64,000 bases of DNA from Candidatus Dormiibacterota bacterium (GCA_963713485.1 CAVQLW010000005.1:333636-397635); one strand, 5' to 3'; shown: positions 28,542 to 37,271, counted from the stretch's first letter. Notes: generated by a model not told the origin, from the sequence alone. Numbers and translations are program-made.

Positions 28542-28635
28542 GGCTCGGGAGCGCCTTGAACGAGCAACGGCAACGATTGGGACGGCTTCGATGCCGGTGG
28601 CCTGGCGAACCGAATCCTGACCGCGAGGGAGACCG

Positions 28636-29013
28636 TCAACCCCCCTGTTTGTTCTGATCGAGCATCTCCTGCCTGAAGATCCGGCGCCACTCGATACTCG
28701 TGCGCCCGACGAGGAGGCCCGGCCCCGCTCCGCAGGCCGGACAGAAATCGGGGCGGTGGGTGCTCTGCCTGAGGTATCCGCACGATTCGCACCGCCAGAC
28801 GAGTTCGACAGGCCAGACCGGCAGAAGGTCCGGACGGATCGGAGGCCGGGGGCGCTCCGGCCGCACCGGGACAACTGTGGCAGGCGAGGTGACCTGTGGA
28901 TCAGCCTCGCCGTCGGTGCGTGGCGCGGACATGTCCGTCTCGAAACCGGTCGTGGCCATGCGCTGTTCGATCCGGCCTGGATATGGTCCCAACACGTCGG
29001 ATGTCAGCGACAT
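28636..29013 (-). CDS. zinc-ribbon (rubredoxin-like) protein with disordered N-terminus
   Basis: GGAGGAG SD. Cys pairs CESCGY ... CPACG. Confidence 0.55.
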   Translation of the reverse strand: MSLTSDVLGPYPGRIEQRMATTGFETDMSAPRTDGEADPQVTSPATVVPVRPERPRPPIRPDLLPVWPVELVWRCESCGYLRQSTHRPDFCPACGAGPGLLVGRTSIEWRRIFRQEMLDQNKQGG

Positions 29014-29087
29014 GGTCGATCTCCTCCGATGACGCTCAGCGTCGAGCAGCCGGCGGCGGCTCCTGACAGCGCGATATCAGTTGACGA

Positions 29088-29110
29088 TACAGTGATGCTA
29101 TCATATTCGC
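29088..29110 (+). promoter_or_regulatory. AT-rich box TACAGTGATGCTATCATATTCGC
   Basis: Shares CTATCATATTCG with 16420..16431. Orientation and target are ambiguous: RR3 lies 330 nt downstream on the plus strand, and the zinc-ribbon gene lies on the minus strand. Confidence 0.4.
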
Positions 29111-29433
29111 AATGTCGGATCTATACCCCTCCCGCCGGCAAGACCAAGGCATTGCGCTCCTCGTCGGCGCACCACCGCGTTCGTTCCGGCGTCGCCGGCG
29201 CCTCCAGCTTCGGACTCTCGCCGCCCGGCTCGCCCTCGCTGTCGCCGCGATCTGGACGATCGCCTTCGGGATCGGCATCGTCCTGCACTGAACCCACCGC
29301 TGTCGCGATGGCCTCCGTCGTCTGCCTGCCACCGTACACAGACGGCGTTAGAATGCCTCAGCGGGAGGGCGAGACCGGTCCAGGTCTTTTGCCTCCCGGC
29401 TTCGCATTCCGACCTGCGACGGAGGACCAGTTC

Positions 29434-29829
29434 GTGGACGATGACGTCAAGGTCCTGTTGATCGAGGACGACGACGCGGCGGCCGAGATGTATCGCCTGC
29501 GGCTCGTCGCCGACGGCTACTCGGTGGTCATCGGTCGTGACGGTCAGGACGGCCTCCGCAAGGCTGTCGATGAGGCGCCCGACTTCATCTACCTTGACCT
29601 CCGCCTCCCAGGCCTCGACGGGTTCGAGGTCCTCGAGCGCCTCCGCGCTGACGCCGTCACGAGACACATACCCGTGATCATCCTCACCAACTACGGGGAG
29701 CCCGAGTTGCGGGAGCGAGGATTGAAGCTGGGCGCGCTCGAGTTCCTCGTGAAAGCCGACACCACACCGGCGCAGCTGTCCGAAAGCGTCGAGCGAGCGG
29801 CCGGCCCGCGCGCGCTGCCGTCCACCTGA
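29434..29829 (+). CDS. stand-alone response-regulator receiver protein (RR3)
   Basis: GTG start with a GGAGGA SD. LLIEDD, YLDLRLP and ILTNYG motifs. Closest paralog of RR1. Confidence 0.85.
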   Translation: MDDDVKVLLIEDDDAAAEMYRLRLVADGYSVVIGRDGQDGLRKAVDEAPDFIYLDLRLPGLDGFEVLERLRADAVTRHIPVIILTNYGEPELRERGLKLGALEFLVKADTTPAQLSESVERAAGPRALPST

Positions 29830-29845
29830 GCAGTCGGGCGTTGCG

Positions 29846-31141
29846 ATGGAGCGCGCGGCAGACGAGCTCCGGGGCACGAGCGATCCCGAGCAAGGTTCGG
29901 AGCGCTCGGTAACCAGACCTTCCGCTGCCGCCGGCTTCAACATCTCGGCGGCGAGCCGGCCGAACAGGGCGCGAGGCGCTCGAGGTTTCGCGCCGATCAA
30001 CACACAGCCGGCGGGTTTCTACGATGAGGCCGCGAGCCTTGCTGCACAGATGGGGCACGCGGCAGCACCAGCGCGACATGCGGCGATCTATCTCGTGCAG
30101 TCCGGTGCCGTGACGTGCATCGCCACGTCGTCCGGAGGTGATGCGGAGGGCCGCGGGCCCGCTGCGGTTTCGGACCATCCCCACGTCAAGCAGGCGCTGG
30201 AAGGTGATGTGATCGTCGTGGACAGCGCACCTGGACGAACCGGGCAATCGCTTGCGACGGCCCCAGCGGTTGCAATCGCAGCGATACCGGTGCATACCGA
30301 CGGTCTCGTGGTCGGCGTGCTCGAGGTCGAGGGCGGCTCCGACGACTTCGACGACCGGCACATCGCGCAGCTGGTGACCCTCGCGAATCTCATCGGCGCC
30401 GGACTGCGTCACGACGCGGCCGTGAGCGATCTCACCGAGGAAGCCGAGCGGAGCCGCAGCCTCGAGAAGATGAAGAGCGAGTTCCTCAACATCGCCGCCC
30501 ATGAGCTGCGCAGCCCGCTGGGGATCATCCGCGGGTATGCCTCGCTGCTGAGCGAGGTCGCGCTCACGGCCGAGGAGCGCGAGGTCGCGCTCGAGCGCAT
30601 CGGCGAGAAGTCCGAGGAGATGGCCCGGCTCATCTCTGAAATGCTCGAAACGGCACGTCTCGAGACGATGGGCCTCGACCTCTCGCTGACGCCCATCGAC
30701 CTCGAGGAGGTGATCAGCGACGCGGTTGCCGCGATGCGACCGCTGCTGGGTACGGATCACAGCGTCGACCTTCAGGCGACGGGCACGACGATCGCCGTCG
30801 TCGCCGACCGCCGCCGGCTCACGACGATGCTCACCAATCTCCTCGACAACGCGATCAAGTACTCACCGCGCGGCGGTGATATCGCGATCCGAGTCACCTG
30901 CGACGGGCGCGTCGCGGAGGTCATGGTGCAGGACCATGGCATCGGTATCAGCGCGGAACAGGTGCCGTTTCTGTTCACCCGCTTCGGCAGGCTGGTGACT
31001 CCTGAGACGAGCCACATCCGTGGCACGGGACTCGGGCTCTATCTCGCACGGGAGACGGCGCGACTGCACGGCGGCGACATCGTGGTCGCGTCGCAGGCGG
31101 GCGAGGGCAGCACCTTCACCATCACGCTGCCCGTCGCGTAG
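29846..31141 (+). CDS. soluble GAF sensor histidine kinase (HK3)
   Basis: A GAF-like region, H-box MKSEFLNIAAHELRSPL, NLLDNAIKYSP, DHGIGI and GTGLGLYLARETARLHGG. No TM segment. Confidence 0.85.
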   Translation: MERAADELRGTSDPEQGSERSVTRPSAAAGFNISAASRPNRARGARGFAPINTQPAGFYDEAASLAAQMGHAAAPARHAAIYLVQSGAVTCIATSSGGDAEGRGPAAVSDHPHVKQALEGDVIVVDSAPGRTGQSLATAPAVAIAAIPVHTDGLVVGVLEVEGGSDDFDDRHIAQLVTLANLIGAGLRHDAAVSDLTEEAERSRSLEKMKSEFLNIAAHELRSPLGIIRGYASLLSEVALTAEEREVALERIGEKSEEMARLISEMLETARLETMGLDLSLTPIDLEEVISDAVAAMRPLLGTDHSVDLQATGTTIAVVADRRRLTTMLTNLLDNAIKYSPRGGDIAIRVTCDGRVAEVMVQDHGIGISAEQVPFLFTRFGRLVTPETSHIRGTGLGLYLARETARLHGGDIVVASQAGEGSTFTITLPVA

Positions 31142-31156
31142 CCTCGAGATCTCGAT

Positions 31157-31687
31157 CTACGTCAGGTGCTCGGCGACGTATCGCGAGGGGTCCTGATCCT
31201 CGCCGCTGATCCCGCGTCCGCCGGCGTGACTCTGCTCGAAGGCTGAGAACGCGGCGGCCAGCGCCGCCTGCTCGGCCGGGGAGGCGACATCGTCGAACTC
31301 ACGGAGCGGACCCTCCTCTTCCTCCTGCATATGCTCGTCGTTCGCGTTGCGGGCGGCGGCCACCCCGGCCCACCATCGGACGTCGCCGATCTCCTGCCGT
31401 CCCGCGTCCCGGATCGCGTCGCGGATGTCGTTGTGATCGCGGATCGCGTCGGTGGTGTCGTCGGCCGCACCGGCGTCGTCCTTGAGGAGTCGTGGGTAGA
31501 AGAGCGCCTCCTCAGCGGCGGCGTGCACCTCGAGGCGAGCGCTCAGCTCCTCCCAGAGCACGGAGAGCGCCAGCACGTTGTCGCGGGCGTCGTTGACCGC
31601 AGCGAACTGACGGCGGAACCAGTCGTGATCAAGCCGGATGTGGTCGGTGACGCGGGCTGTGGTCGCTCTCGCGGGGTCGTCCATCAT
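31157..31687 (-). CDS. hemerythrin (HHE cation-binding) domain protein
   Basis: HIRLDHDWF, LEVHAAAEEALFYP and IRDHNDIRD match the His/Glu/Asp pattern of hemerythrin-like domains. Confidence 0.7.
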   Translation of the reverse strand: MMDDPARATTARVTDHIRLDHDWFRRQFAAVNDARDNVLALSVLWEELSARLEVHAAAEEALFYPRLLKDDAGAADDTTDAIRDHNDIRDAIRDAGRQEIGDVRWWAGVAAARNANDEHMQEEEEGPLREFDDVASPAEQAALAAAFSAFEQSHAGGRGISGEDQDPSRYVAEHLT

Positions 31688-31693
31688 GATATG

Positions 31694-31710
31694 AAGACTA
31701 TCACTCTATA
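31694..31710 (-). promoter_or_regulatory. AT-rich box TATAGAGTGATAGTCTT
   Basis: TAGTCT ends 7 nt before the hemerythrin ATG (31687), implying a leaderless mRNA. 12 of 17 nt match the TATAGAATCACTATCAT box. Confidence 0.45.
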
Positions 31711-31796
31711 GCCGAGCCTCGTGTACATGTCGTTCACCGTGCGCGGGCCCCGCCTCACGTCGCGAGTCCCTTCCCCGGCCGCCGCCGGCGTGCGCC

Positions 31797-32081
31797 TCAG
31801 AGGAGGGTTTCCTCCTGCTCGACCCGCGCGCTCCGGCGGCGCACCGGCACCTCCACCGTGTCGGCGGCAGGGTGCTCGACGATCGCGATGACGCGTGCGG
31901 CCATGAACCGCCCCACGCGCACCGGCTGCCCGGTCCGGGTCAGCTCGGCCACCTCGACCATGCCGCGAGTGGTGCTCACCTCGACGCGCCGCCCGGCCCG
32001 CGTCGCCGAGATCTCGAAGGTCCGTGCGCTGCCGGTCCCGGTGTCGATGACGACCTCGACGCTGTCCCCGATCACGCGCAA
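31797..32081 (-). CDS. hypothetical protein
   Basis: 94-aa beta-rich ORF with no recognisable motif. Confidence 0.4.
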   Translation of the reverse strand: MRVIGDSVEVVIDTGTGSARTFEISATRAGRRVEVSTTRGMVEVAELTRTGQPVRVGRFMAARVIAIVEHPAADTVEVPVRRRSARVEQEETLL

Positions 32082-32158
32082 ACTCTAGACGAGCGCGGGT
32101 ACCGCACACAGCGGCCACCCGCGCAGTTGCACACGAGACACCGCGCCGGAGATCACCG

Positions 32159-33085
32159 ATGCTCGCACTCGCCACGACTGGAAACGCCGACCTCCTCAGC
32201 CTCATCGAGGTTCCCGACCCGGAGCCGGCCGCGAATGAGGCGGTGGTCCGAGTCACGACGACGAGCCTGAACCGCGGCGAGATATCGCGCATCGGCAACG
32301 GGCCCGCCGGCCAGCGGCCCGGCTGGGACATCGTCGGCGTCGTCGAGCAGGAGGCGGCGCGCGGCACCGGACCGGCGGTCGGATCGACCGTGGTCGGACT
32401 CGTCAACGGCGGCGCGTGGGCCGAGCGCGTGGCGGTGCCGGTGGACTACATCGCGCCGGTTCCCGAGGGGGTGTCACAGGTCGACGCAGCGTGCCTCCCG
32501 GTGGCGGGGATGACCGCATACCGTGCGCTTGCTCTCGGCGGTTTCCCGGTGGGCAAGCGCGTGCTCGTCACCGGCGCGTCCGGCGGCGTCGGCCATCTCG
32601 CGGTCCAGCTGGCGCGCTCCGCGCAGATGAACGTCACGGGATTGATCCGCAACCCCGACGCGGATGCCGGAGCCGCAGCCGCATGCCATCACGTCCTCCG
32701 CGACATCAACGAGGCGAGCGGCCCCTACGACCACATCCTCGAAGGCGTCGGCGGGGAGGTGCTCACCAAGTGCCTCGACGTCGTGGCGCCGCACGGGATC
32801 GTCGTCTCGTACGCATCGACGCTGCTGGAACCGGCAACCCTGGGGCCGCGATGGTTCGGCGCGCACCTGGGCGCGACGCTGCGCTCGATGCTGCTCTTCG
32901 ACGAGCTGCGTTACACCGAGAGTGCCGTGTCGGATCTCAGCGCGCTGTGCGCGCTCATCGCCGCCGGGACACTGCGACCGCACGTCGACGTCGAGGCGGA
33001 CTGGTCACGCGCCGGCGAGCTGGCGCATGACCTGCTCGAGCGGCGCGTCACGGGGAAGATCGTCCTTCACATCGGCGCTCGCTGA
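32159..33085 (+). CDS. zinc-type alcohol dehydrogenase / quinone oxidoreductase (MDR superfamily)
   Basis: VLVTGASGGVGHLAVQLA Rossmann motif, an N-terminal GroES-like fold and a GKIVL C-terminus. Confidence 0.75.
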   Translation: MLALATTGNADLLSLIEVPDPEPAANEAVVRVTTTSLNRGEISRIGNGPAGQRPGWDIVGVVEQEAARGTGPAVGSTVVGLVNGGAWAERVAVPVDYIAPVPEGVSQVDAACLPVAGMTAYRALALGGFPVGKRVLVTGASGGVGHLAVQLARSAQMNVTGLIRNPDADAGAAAACHHVLRDINEASGPYDHILEGVGGEVLTKCLDVVAPHGIVVSYASTLLEPATLGPRWFGAHLGATLRSMLLFDELRYTESAVSDLSALCALIAAGTLRPHVDVEADWSRAGELAHDLLERRVTGKIVLHIGAR

Positions 33086-33095
33086 GGCAGTCCGG

Positions 33096-34079
33096 TCACC
33101 CGGAGGGCGGCGCACCTCGCGCACGGCGCCGCGGCGCGACTCTGGCCGGCAGCCGCACTCCTCGCGTGACGGCGACGCCGCCCAGGCAGAGGACGCCGCC
33201 GACGAACGCGAGCACGGGCGGCACGTCGCCGAGGAACAACCAGCCGAGGAGGATGGCGATGGGCGGGACCGCGTAGGTCGTCGCACCCATGCGTCCGGCG
33301 CTCGTGCGGGCGAGGGCGTACGCCCAGCAGCTGAACCCGATCGCGGTGGGGAACACACCGAGGTAGACGGCCCAGGCGATGCTGCCGGCATCCGCTCGGG
33401 CGACCTCGTGGATCAGCTGCGGCGCGAACGGCAGGCACGCGACCGCGCCGATGGTGCAGGCGAGCCAGGTGATGGTGAAGGCCGAGTTGTGGTTCAGCAG
33501 CGGCTTCTCGGCGGTGACGCCACCCGCGTACGCCGCGGCGGCGACGATGCAGAGGAGCGCGCCGAGACCGGACTGCAGCCCGTGGGTCGACGTGGCGACG
33601 CCGATCACAATGGTGCCGGTGAGCGCGACGGCGGAGCCGATCATGAGACGGCGCGGAAACCCTTCGCCGAGCAGCATCCCACTGAGCACGGCGACGATCA
33701 CGGGCCCGATGCCGACGAGCATGGCGGCGGTGCCGGCGTCGACGAGGCGCTCGCCCTGGTTGAGCAGCAGGTTGTATGCGCCAAACCACAGCAACCCGCA
33801 GGCGAGCAGGCCGATCACGTCACGCCGGCGCGGGAGGGGATCCCGCCGGATGAGAACGAAAGCCCCGAGCACGAGGCTGCCGACGACGAGGCGGGCGAGC
33901 GACAGCGAACCGGGCGCCAGCACCCGCCCAGCGGCGCGGATTCCGACGAACGCCGAGGCCCAGAGGACAACCGTGACAATCGTCGCCATGATGGCGATGC
34001 GCCGCTCGCGCGGCGGCACGTTCGAGGTGGCGGTGGCGGTGCGCTCCTGCGCCGGTGCCGTGGTCACGGCGATGCCCAT
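33096..34079 (-). CDS. EamA/DMT-family transporter
   Basis: About ten hydrophobic helices, with LWASAFVGIRAAG and a duplicated EamA-like architecture. The start is an internal Met of ORF 33096..34190. Confidence 0.7.
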   Translation of the reverse strand: MGIAVTTAPAQERTATATSNVPPRERRIAIMATIVTVVLWASAFVGIRAAGRVLAPGSLSLARLVVGSLVLGAFVLIRRDPLPRRRDVIGLLACGLLWFGAYNLLLNQGERLVDAGTAAMLVGIGPVIVAVLSGMLLGEGFPRRLMIGSAVALTGTIVIGVATSTHGLQSGLGALLCIVAAAAYAGGVTAEKPLLNHNSAFTITWLACTIGAVACLPFAPQLIHEVARADAGSIAWAVYLGVFPTAIGFSCWAYALARTSAGRMGATTYAVPPIAILLGWLFLGDVPPVLAFVGGVLCLGGVAVTRGVRLPARVAPRRRARGAPPSG

Positions 34080-34168
34080 CCTGGAAGCGGACACGTGGAG
34101 TTTTTGGAGGCTACCATGCACACTGGCTGCGACCGGGCAGCGACCCTCGCCGACGTGAAGTGCCATAC

Positions 34169-34612
34169 ATGATCCGCGAGCTTGAACCAAACGAGACGTC
34201 GCTCGCCCATGCCGCGATGCTGGAGCTGCGTCCTCGCGTCGGAACGGCTGCCGCCTTCACGGAGTACATCGACACCGTGCAACGGCCCGAGGGATACCGC
34301 CTCGTCGCGGCCTTCGTCGATGGCGAGTCCGAAGCAGTGGCGGTGGCGGGGTTTCGCCTGGCGCATCACCTGCACTGGCGACGCGCCATCTACTGCGACG
34401 ACCTCTCGACCCGCGCGGCGTTTCGAGGACAGGGCCACGCGAGCGCGCTGCTCGACTGGATGATCGCGGAGGCGATCCGTCTGCGCTGTGACGAGTTTCA
34501 CCTCGACTCCGGGCTCGCCGCCGACCGGCAGGCTGCGCACCGTCTGTACTTCCACAAGGGCATGCGCATCACCTCCTTTCACTTCACAACGGTCCTCGAT
34601 GAGCGGCTGTGA
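34169..34612 (+). CDS. GNAT-family N-acetyltransferase
   Basis: IYCDDLSTRAAFRGQGHASALLDWMI is the acetyl-CoA binding motif A. Confidence 0.7.
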   Translation: MIRELEPNETSLAHAAMLELRPRVGTAAAFTEYIDTVQRPEGYRLVAAFVDGESEAVAVAGFRLAHHLHWRRAIYCDDLSTRAAFRGQGHASALLDWMIAEAIRLRCDEFHLDSGLAADRQAAHRLYFHKGMRITSFHFTTVLDERL

Positions 34613-34635
34613 GGTCGCGCCCTCGGGAGCACTCG

Positions 34636-35511
34636 ATGCACGCTGATCGGGCAGCGGAACCGGCGGTGCTCCGCTACGCCGCGTTCACGAGAACGCCGGA
34701 TGGCGGCAACCCGGCCGGCGTGGTGCTCGACGCGGGCGATCTCACGGCGGAGCGGATGCTCGCGATCGCCGCGGAGGTGGGGTACTCGGAGACCGCGTTC
34801 CTCTGGCCGCGTGACTCGGAGCCGGGCAATGCGCGGGCGTTCGATGTTCGGTATTTCAGCCCCACGATCGAGGTGCCGTTCTGCGGCCACGCGACGATCG
34901 CCTCCGGCGTTGCCCTTGCCGAGCGCGACGGTCCGGGCGCGCTCGTCTTTCACACGCCGTCCGGTGAGGTCCCTGTCGAGACAGCGGCCCTGGAGGACGG
35001 GCGGATGGCCGCGACGCTCACGAGCGTCGAACCGTACGTGGCGGACGTCTCGCATGACGACGTCGTCGAGGCCCTCGCCGCGCTGCACTGGACGGAGGAC
35101 GAACTCGATCCGTTGCTGCCACCGCACATCGCGTATGCGGGCGTGCGACACCTGATCCTCGGAGCGGCAACCCGTGGCCGCCTCGCGGATCTCGACTACG
35201 AGTTCGAGGCCTTGAAACGGCTCATGATCGCGCACGATCTCACCACCGTCGATCTCGTCTGGCGCGAGTCGGAACGCCGGTTCCACGCACGCAATCCGTT
35301 CCCGGTCGGTGGTGTCGTCGAGGACCCGGCGACCGGCGCAGCCGCGGCAGCGCTGGGCGCGTATCTGCGCACCCTCGACCTGGTGAGCGTGCCGGCGCGT
35401 ATCACCATCGCGCAGGGGGAGGACATGGGCCGGCCGAGCGAGCTCATCGTCGACATCAGCGCCGAGAGCTCGGCGATCCGTGTGACCGGGCGGGCGGTGG
35501 CGATTCCGTAA
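34636..35511 (+). CDS. PhzF-family isomerase
   Basis: FTRTPDGGNPAGVV, GYSETAFL, FCGHATIA and NPFPVGGVVEDPATGAAAAALGAYL. Confidence 0.8.
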   Translation: MHADRAAEPAVLRYAAFTRTPDGGNPAGVVLDAGDLTAERMLAIAAEVGYSETAFLWPRDSEPGNARAFDVRYFSPTIEVPFCGHATIASGVALAERDGPGALVFHTPSGEVPVETAALEDGRMAATLTSVEPYVADVSHDDVVEALAALHWTEDELDPLLPPHIAYAGVRHLILGAATRGRLADLDYEFEALKRLMIAHDLTTVDLVWRESERRFHARNPFPVGGVVEDPATGAAAAALGAYLRTLDLVSVPARITIAQGEDMGRPSELIVDISAESSAIRVTGRAVAIP

Positions 35512-35628
35512 TCGCTGCCCGGGCGCTCCGGGAGGAGCGGTAATGGCGATACATGGGTTTAGCGTGTTACGGTTCGAGGAGCGCGCAACGCGCGCATCCA
35601 GGATGAATCGAAGAACGAAGAGAGTCCG

Positions 35629-36201
35629 TTGACCTGGATCATCCGGGGGCCGAGCATGACTGCGCTGCGCCGGGCTTCGACGATCGGGGTGCTCGCCGCA
35701 GTCGCGGTGGCCGCCAGCGGATGCGCCGGCGGGAACGGTGCATCCGACGCGGCTTCCTCGGGTTCGGCGTACGGCGTCTTCACAGGCAACGTCACCCTGA
35801 CCGGCGAGGTTTCGGTGAAAGGGTCGTTCACCGACACCATCACGGCGCGCCACGAGACGTGCAACACGTATGCGCGAGGGATCGACCCGGCGACGACGCT
35901 GTGGGTGGTGCCGACGCCGAACAACGCCGCAACGGTGAGTGGACACGCGGTCGCGTTCACAGCGGGTGTCCCGAGCGCCAAGCCATCCAGCGGCTACCAC
36001 GGTCCCGGAAAGTACACCGGGGACTCCGCGCTCGTCTCGGAGTTGACGGCGGACAATGCATCGTTCCTTCCGGGCACGTCGGCGACCACGGTGATCACGG
36101 TGTCCGACCAAGGGTGGGGTTCGATGAGCTTCACCGGGATGCTGGACACGTTCAACAGCGCCGAGGAGTCGGGCTCGGTGACCTGGCGATGCACCGGATG
36201 A
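35629..36201 (+). CDS. putative lipoprotein
   Basis: Signal peptide with lipobox AVAVAASGC. An alternative ATG lies at 35656. Confidence 0.6.
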   Translation: MTWIIRGPSMTALRRASTIGVLAAVAVAASGCAGGNGASDAASSGSAYGVFTGNVTLTGEVSVKGSFTDTITARHETCNTYARGIDPATTLWVVPTPNNAATVSGHAVAFTAGVPSAKPSSGYHGPGKYTGDSALVSELTADNASFLPGTSATTVITVSDQGWGSMSFTGMLDTFNSAEESGSVTWRCTG

Positions 36202-36418
36202 CTTACCATTCGCATGCCACTTCGCGACAGCGAACCGAGCCATTTCCCGGCGCCGGGCGCGCGTAGTGGTCGGGCCGCCGTCGATGCGGCCACGCAGGCA
36301 TCACTCGACAGGGTGATTCTTCGCCGCGGGCGACGTGGCCGGCACGTGCGGTGGCTATGGTCTTCCCAACGGAGGCCGCTCTCGTAAAAGTCACTCCCCA
36401 GCTGGTCGCGCCAGCGGA

Positions 36419-36446
36419 GATGCCCGCCGCGCGCGTGGCGGGCATC
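36419..36446. repeat. GC-rich palindromic element GATGCCCGCC-N8-GGCGGGCATC
   Basis: Its arms are nearly identical to the hairpin at 49382..49411. It lies between the lipoprotein gene and the convergent NIPSNAP gene. Confidence 0.6.
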
Positions 36447-36497
36447 TTCCGGCGCGTTTCGGCGTCGATCGTGGCGGCGTCGTGGCCCACGGTCGCT

Positions 36498-37271
36498 TCA
36501 ATCAGGAAGCGTCGCGCATGCTCTCGAGGATCCGGTCAACGCCGACCGCGACGTCGGGAGCAGGCGCAGCACCTGCAACGGTGCGTCTGCCGCGGGCGGC
36601 GTGGGAATCGAGCCGCGCAACCCGCCATCTCCCCGCACCCCGCGGTCCGCCGCAGCGACGTCGGCGAATCCCGCGAACCACACGAAGACCTCCGCGTCCT
36701 CACGAACCGGGAGGCGAGGAAAGTTGTTCGGAGTGTCCTCGGTCACGAAGTACCCCAGCAGGTTCGCGCCGAGCGCGAGGAGCGCGGGTCGGAGCGCACC
36801 TTCGACGAAGTCGACAACCGCATCCGTCGTGCCGCCCGCGAAGTGGTGGACGGCCGCCACCACCATACCGTCACGCCCGTCCGCGCCTGCCTGCGCGGGT
36901 CTCACCTGATCGGGCGAGAAGCCGGATGCCGGCCGCACCGGCCGGAGCAACAGCACATTGTCCGAATCGATCATCGTGGCGTTCGCAACTGCGCGGTGCT
37001 CCCTCCACACGGGCCCGTCGTAGAAGGCCTGAAGGCCTTCGGCGCGGCGCTCCATGTCGCGGAATCCGCGCAGCCACACGAATCGATCCGCGTCATCGAG
37101 GTCGCGGAACTGGCCGATCACCTGCAGGCCGAGTGCCTCCTGCGTTTCGACGAACTCGCGATCGAAGAGATCGATGAGGACGTCGCGCTTGCCGGGATGC
37201 AGGATGTACTGGCGCAACTCGACAATCGGCGAGAGACTCACATCTCGGTCGTTGAGAACGGCCATCGACAC
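36498..37271 (-). CDS. NIPSNAP-family protein (two NIPSNAP-like halves)
   Basis: IVELRQYILHPGKRDVLIDLF ... DRFVWLRGF ... FYDGPVWREH, with a second similar half. Confidence 0.65.
   Translation of the reverse strand: MSMAVLNDRDVSLSPIVELRQYILHPGKRDVLIDLFDREFVETQEALGLQVIGQFRDLDDADRFVWLRGFRDMERRAEGLQAFYDGPVWREHRAVANATMIDSDNVLLLRPVRPASGFSPDQVRPAQAGADGRDGMVVAAVHHFAGGTTDAVVDFVEGALRPALLALGANLLGYFVTEDTPNNFPRLPVREDAEVFVWFAGFADVAAADRGVRGDGGLRGSIPTPPAADAPLQVLRLLPTSRSALTGSSRACATLPD

Noticed and set aside
28448-28635. HspR HAIR operator (CTTGAGT-N7-ACTCAAG) upstream of the MerR/HspR-like genes
   Set aside because: No such inverted repeat occurs upstream of either copy (also checked 15910-16100). The regulator is therefore called only MerR/HspR-like.
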